DNA from: Candidatus Latescibacterota bacterium
GTDB lineage: Bacteria; Latescibacterota; UBA2968; UBA8231
Reading direction: 5' to 3'
Assembly (NCBI GenBank): GCA_965205655.1
Contig: CBDBIJ010000110.1
Span: 32,001 to 96,000, forward strand
Length of the DNA: 64,000 bases
Positions 61,157 to 64,000 of this stretch are shown piece by piece. Each line of letters starts with the position of its first letter. The first letter of the stretch is position 1. The notes beneath the pieces are model-generated. The model worked only from the letters and a program-made list of their open reading frames with translations, was not told where the DNA came from and ran no database searches. The position numbers and the translations under genes are program-made.

Positions 61157-64000
61157 TCACTTCACCTCCACCTTCGAATCCGCGGCGAGCGCAGCTTTGA
61201 GGATTCGTCCGGTATGGGACTGTTTGCGGCGCGCCACCTGCTCAGGCGTTCCGCATGCGACGACGGACCCGCCATCGTCACCACCCTCGGGACCGAGATC
61301 GATAACGTGGTCGCACGACTTGATGACGTCGGGGTTGTGCTCCACTACGACGGCGGTATTTCCCGCGTCCACGAGGCGCTCGATAACCTCGAGCAATCGT
61401 TGAATGTCGGCGAAGTGCAGGCCCGTCGTTGGCTCGTCCATGATGTAAACGGTGTTACCGGTACCCGGTCTGGCCAGCTCAGCGGCCAGTTTGAGCCGCT
61501 GTGCCTCGCCACCCGACAGCGTGGTAGACGACTGGCCGAGGCTGATGTATCCCAGGCCGACATCTTCCATGACCTGCAGGCGCTGGCAGACGGCGTGGAC
61601 GTTGGCGAAGAGCTCGATGTTTCGACTCACTGTCATTTCGAGGACGTCGGCGATGGAGCGTCCCTTGAAGCTGATCTGCAGCATATCGTTCGTGTAGCGC
61701 TGTCCCTGACAGGCATCGCAGCGGACCCACACATTGGGCAGGAAGTGCATTTCGATACACCTGAAGCCCAGTCCCTCGCAGGACTCGCAGCGGCCGCCGG
61801 CGCGGTTGAAGCTGAAACGCCCGGCGTTAAAGCCGCGCATCCTGGCCTCGGGTAGGCGAGCGAAAAGCTGGCGAATCAGGTCGAAGAGCCCCATGACCGT
61901 GGCGGGGGTGCTGCGCGGCGAGTGGCCGATCGGTGATTGATCGATGTTGATGACCTTGTCGACGTGCTCGATTCCGCGAATCTCGTCGCAGTCTCCGACG
62001 GAACGGGAGGAGTTGGGCGAGAGGCAGGCCGCGAGTCCGGCGTGAAGGATTTCCTCCACCAGCGAGCTCTTGCCCGAGCCGGACACACCGGTGACACAGA
62101 CGATCATGCCGAGGGGAATCTGCACGTCCACGTTCTTGAGATTGTTCTGCCGGGCGCCGATGATAGTCAGGTGCTGTTCGTTGCCTTTCCGGCGACGACC
62201 AGGCACCGGGATAGTCAGCTTCCCGCGGAGATAGGCGACGGTCTTCGAATGGTGATTTCCCGCTTTCCGAGATTGCCTCAGCTTGCCGGGTGGGCCGCTG
62301 GCGACGACTCTGCCTCCCTCAGTGCCGGCGCCTGGTCCAAGATCGACCACATGGTCCGCCGCTTCGAGGGTGTCGCGGTCGTGCTCGACGACGACGACGG
62401 TGTTTCCGAGATCCCTCAACTGCTCCAACGCCCGCAGGAGCCTGGCGGTGTCTCGCGCATGGAGACCGATTGTGGGCTCGTCCAGGAGATAGAGTACCCC
62501 GGTCAGGCCCGAACCGATCTGACCGGCCAGACGAATGCGCTGCGCTTCGCCCCCCGAGAGAGTGCCGGCTCGCCGTTCGAGCGAGATATACCCCAGCCCG
62601 ACGCGATCGAGAAAACGCAGTCGCGTGCGGATCTCCTGCAGCAACTCGCCCGATACTTCGGCTTCGCGATCGTCGAGTTCGAGCGACTCGAAGAACTCGA
62701 GACTCTCATCGATCGGCCAGCGGAGGATGTCGACGATGGTTGCATCACGCAGCTGCACGGCCCGACTCTCCGGCTTGATGCGGCTGCCTTCACAGGCCGA
62801 GCACGGCACCTGGCGCAAGAGGCCCTTGTAGCGCGGCGCGCTGCGGGCGATTCCGTCCACCGTCGGCAGTAGGCCTCGATATCTGAAGCCGATGCCGTTG
62901 TCGAGCGACAGCGTGCGGTCGCCGGCTCCGTAAAGGAGATGACGTCGCCCTTCGGCCGAAAGTTCGGCGACTGGTGCGTCCAGGTCGAAGCCCAGTGCCT
63001 GCCCCGCCACCTCGATTGAACGGGCAAAGTCGCTGTCGTCGAGCGGTCCCCATAGCGCCACCGCTCCCTCTCGAATTGAGATGCGGAGGTCGGGGATGAG
63101 AGCATCCCGATCCAGCCCTTCGCCCGTCCCCAGGCCATCGCACACCGGACACATGCCCTGGTGATGATTGAAGGAGAAGCTCTGGGGCGTGAGTGGATCG
63201 AAACTGCGGGCGCATTCGGGGCAGGAGAAACGGCGGCTCAAGCGCTCCTCGCCATCTTCTCCCTCTGGGAGGGTGTCACCTGGAGCGCTGAGGATGACGA
63301 GCTCGCCTCCAGAGAGCTCCAGGGCCCGCTCCACACCCTCGGTCAGGCGAGATCTGTCCCTGGCGCGTACCGCGAGTCGATCGACGATGAGCTCGACATG
63401 GTGGCGGTGTCTGCGTTCGAGCTCGATGCGCTTCTGCAGCTCGTGAATCTCGCCGTCGATGCGGACACGGGCGAAACCGTCACGCTTGGCGCGGGCGAGC
63501 AGTGTTTCGTAGCCCCCGTTGCGCCCCGGTTCGAGGGGTGCGAGCAGGTATATGCGGCTGCCCTCGGGCATGCGGAGAATGCGATTGACCATCTGTTCGG
63601 CTGTCTGCGAACCGACTGCTACGGAGCAGCGCGGGCAGTATTGCGCGCCGATTGTGGCGTAGAGAGCACGGACATAGTCGTACACCTCTGTGACGGTGCC
63701 CACCGTTGAACGAGGGTTTCTGCTCGGGGCCTTCTGCTCGATCGCGATGGCCGGCGATAGACCTGTGATGCGCTCCACTTTTGGCTTTTGCATCTGATCG
63801 AGAAACTGGCGCGCGTAGGCGGACAGCGACTCCACGTAGCGACGCTGCCCTTCGGCATAGATGGTATCGAAGGCGAGGGACGACTTGCCTGAGCCACTCA
63901 CTCCCGAGACAACCGTCATCTTGTCCCGCGGGATGCTGACGTCAACATTGCGCAGATTGTGCATGCTGGCGCCGACGACCTCTATGTTGCGAATCCAGCT
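61157..64000 (-). CDS. uvrA: Excinuclease ABC subunit A (5' end beyond the window)
   Basis: [49 protein letters not shown], second ATPase GVSGSGKSS...[12 protein letters not shown]; frame open to base 64000. Confidence 0.96.
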   Translation of the reverse strand, partial: SWIRNIEVVGASMHNLRNVDVSIPRDKMTVVSGVSGSGKSSLAFDTIYAEGQRRYVESLSAYARQFLDQMQKPKVERITGLSPAIAIEQKAPSRNPRSTVGTVTEVYDYVRALYATIGAQYCPRCSVAVGSQTAEQMVNRILRMPEGSRIYLLAPLEPGRNGGYETLLARAKRDGFARVRIDGEIHELQKRIELERRHRHHVELIVDRLAVRARDRSRLTEGVERALELSGGELVILSAPGDTLPEGEDGEERLSRRFSCPECARSFDPLTPQSFSFNHHQGMCPVCDGLGTGEGLDRDALIPDLRISIREGAVALWGPLDDSDFARSIEVAGQALGFDLDAPVAELSAEGRRHLLYGAGDRTLSLDNGIGFRYRGLLPTVDGIARSAPRYKGLLRQVPCSACEGSRIKPESRAVQLRDATIVDILRWPIDESLEFFESLELDDREAEVSGELLQEIRTRLRFLDRVGLGYISLERRAGTLSGGEAQRIRLAGQIGSGLTGVLYLLDEPTIGLHARDTARLLRALEQLRDLGNTVVVVEHDRDTLEAADHVVDLGPGAGTEGGRVVASGPPGKLRQSRKAGNHHSKTVAYLRGKLTIPVPGRRRKGNEQHLTIIGARQNNLKNVDVQIPLGMIVCVTGVSGSGKSSLVEEILHAGLAACLSPNSSRSVGDCDEIRGIEHVDKVINIDQSPIGHSPRSTPATVMGLFDLIRQLFARLPEARMRGFNAGRFSFNRAGGRCESCEGLGFRCIEMHFLPNVWVRCDACQGQRYTNDMLQISFKGRSIADVLEMTVSRNIELFANVHAVCQRLQVMEDVGLGYISLGQSSTTLSGGEAQRLKLAAELARPGTGNTVYIMDEPTTGLHFADIQRLLEVIERLVDAGNTAVVVEHNPDVIKSCDHVIDLGPEGGDDGGSVVACGTPEQVARRKQSHTGRILKAALAADSKVEVK

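Overview
GC-rich, diderm bacterial chromosome segment. It most likely comes from an FCB-superphylum organism such as Latescibacterota; this is inferred from the FlgD-Ig/T9SS-like C-termini, dockerin-like DFFxFxDxFG modules and Bacteroidota-type GT2/DUF2723 genes, and was not verified. Housekeeping content: thrC-nadD-bamD, pyrF, rnpB, recQ, dnaG, rho-rpmE-prfA-prmC, recA, rlmH, a D-Ala-D-Ala carboxypeptidase, namZ, uvrA and 8 tRNA genes. There are three insertion sequences: an IS3 element, and an IS1182-type element abutting an ISAzo13-type element. Two accessory envelope loci stand out. (1) A ~12 kb minus-strand operon (16.5-28.6 kb) is headed by a NusG/UpxY-type antiterminator followed by a terminator-like hairpin. 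It encodes a ~2250-aa double-propeller/Ig-stalk protein with a T9SS-like C-terminal domain, a second propeller protein, and a PorV/FadL-like barrel fused to a transglutaminase-like catalytic domain and TPRs. Beyond the IS pair lie a CRP-box-preceded TPR protein and a CHASE2 adenylate cyclase. (2) Three tandem secreted paralogs (40.3-44.2 kb) share an FN3-like N-terminus and a dockerin-like C-terminus, and two carry a eukaryote-like SEA module with a G|S(V/T)IV autoproteolysis-like motif. Also seen: two apparent frameshifts (prfA C-terminus and a UPF0104 membrane gene), a sigma-54 promoter with upstream palindromes for Hsp20, and a palindrome over the recA promoter. No CRISPR array or rRNA was seen. 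All domain calls are by eye; no searches were run.
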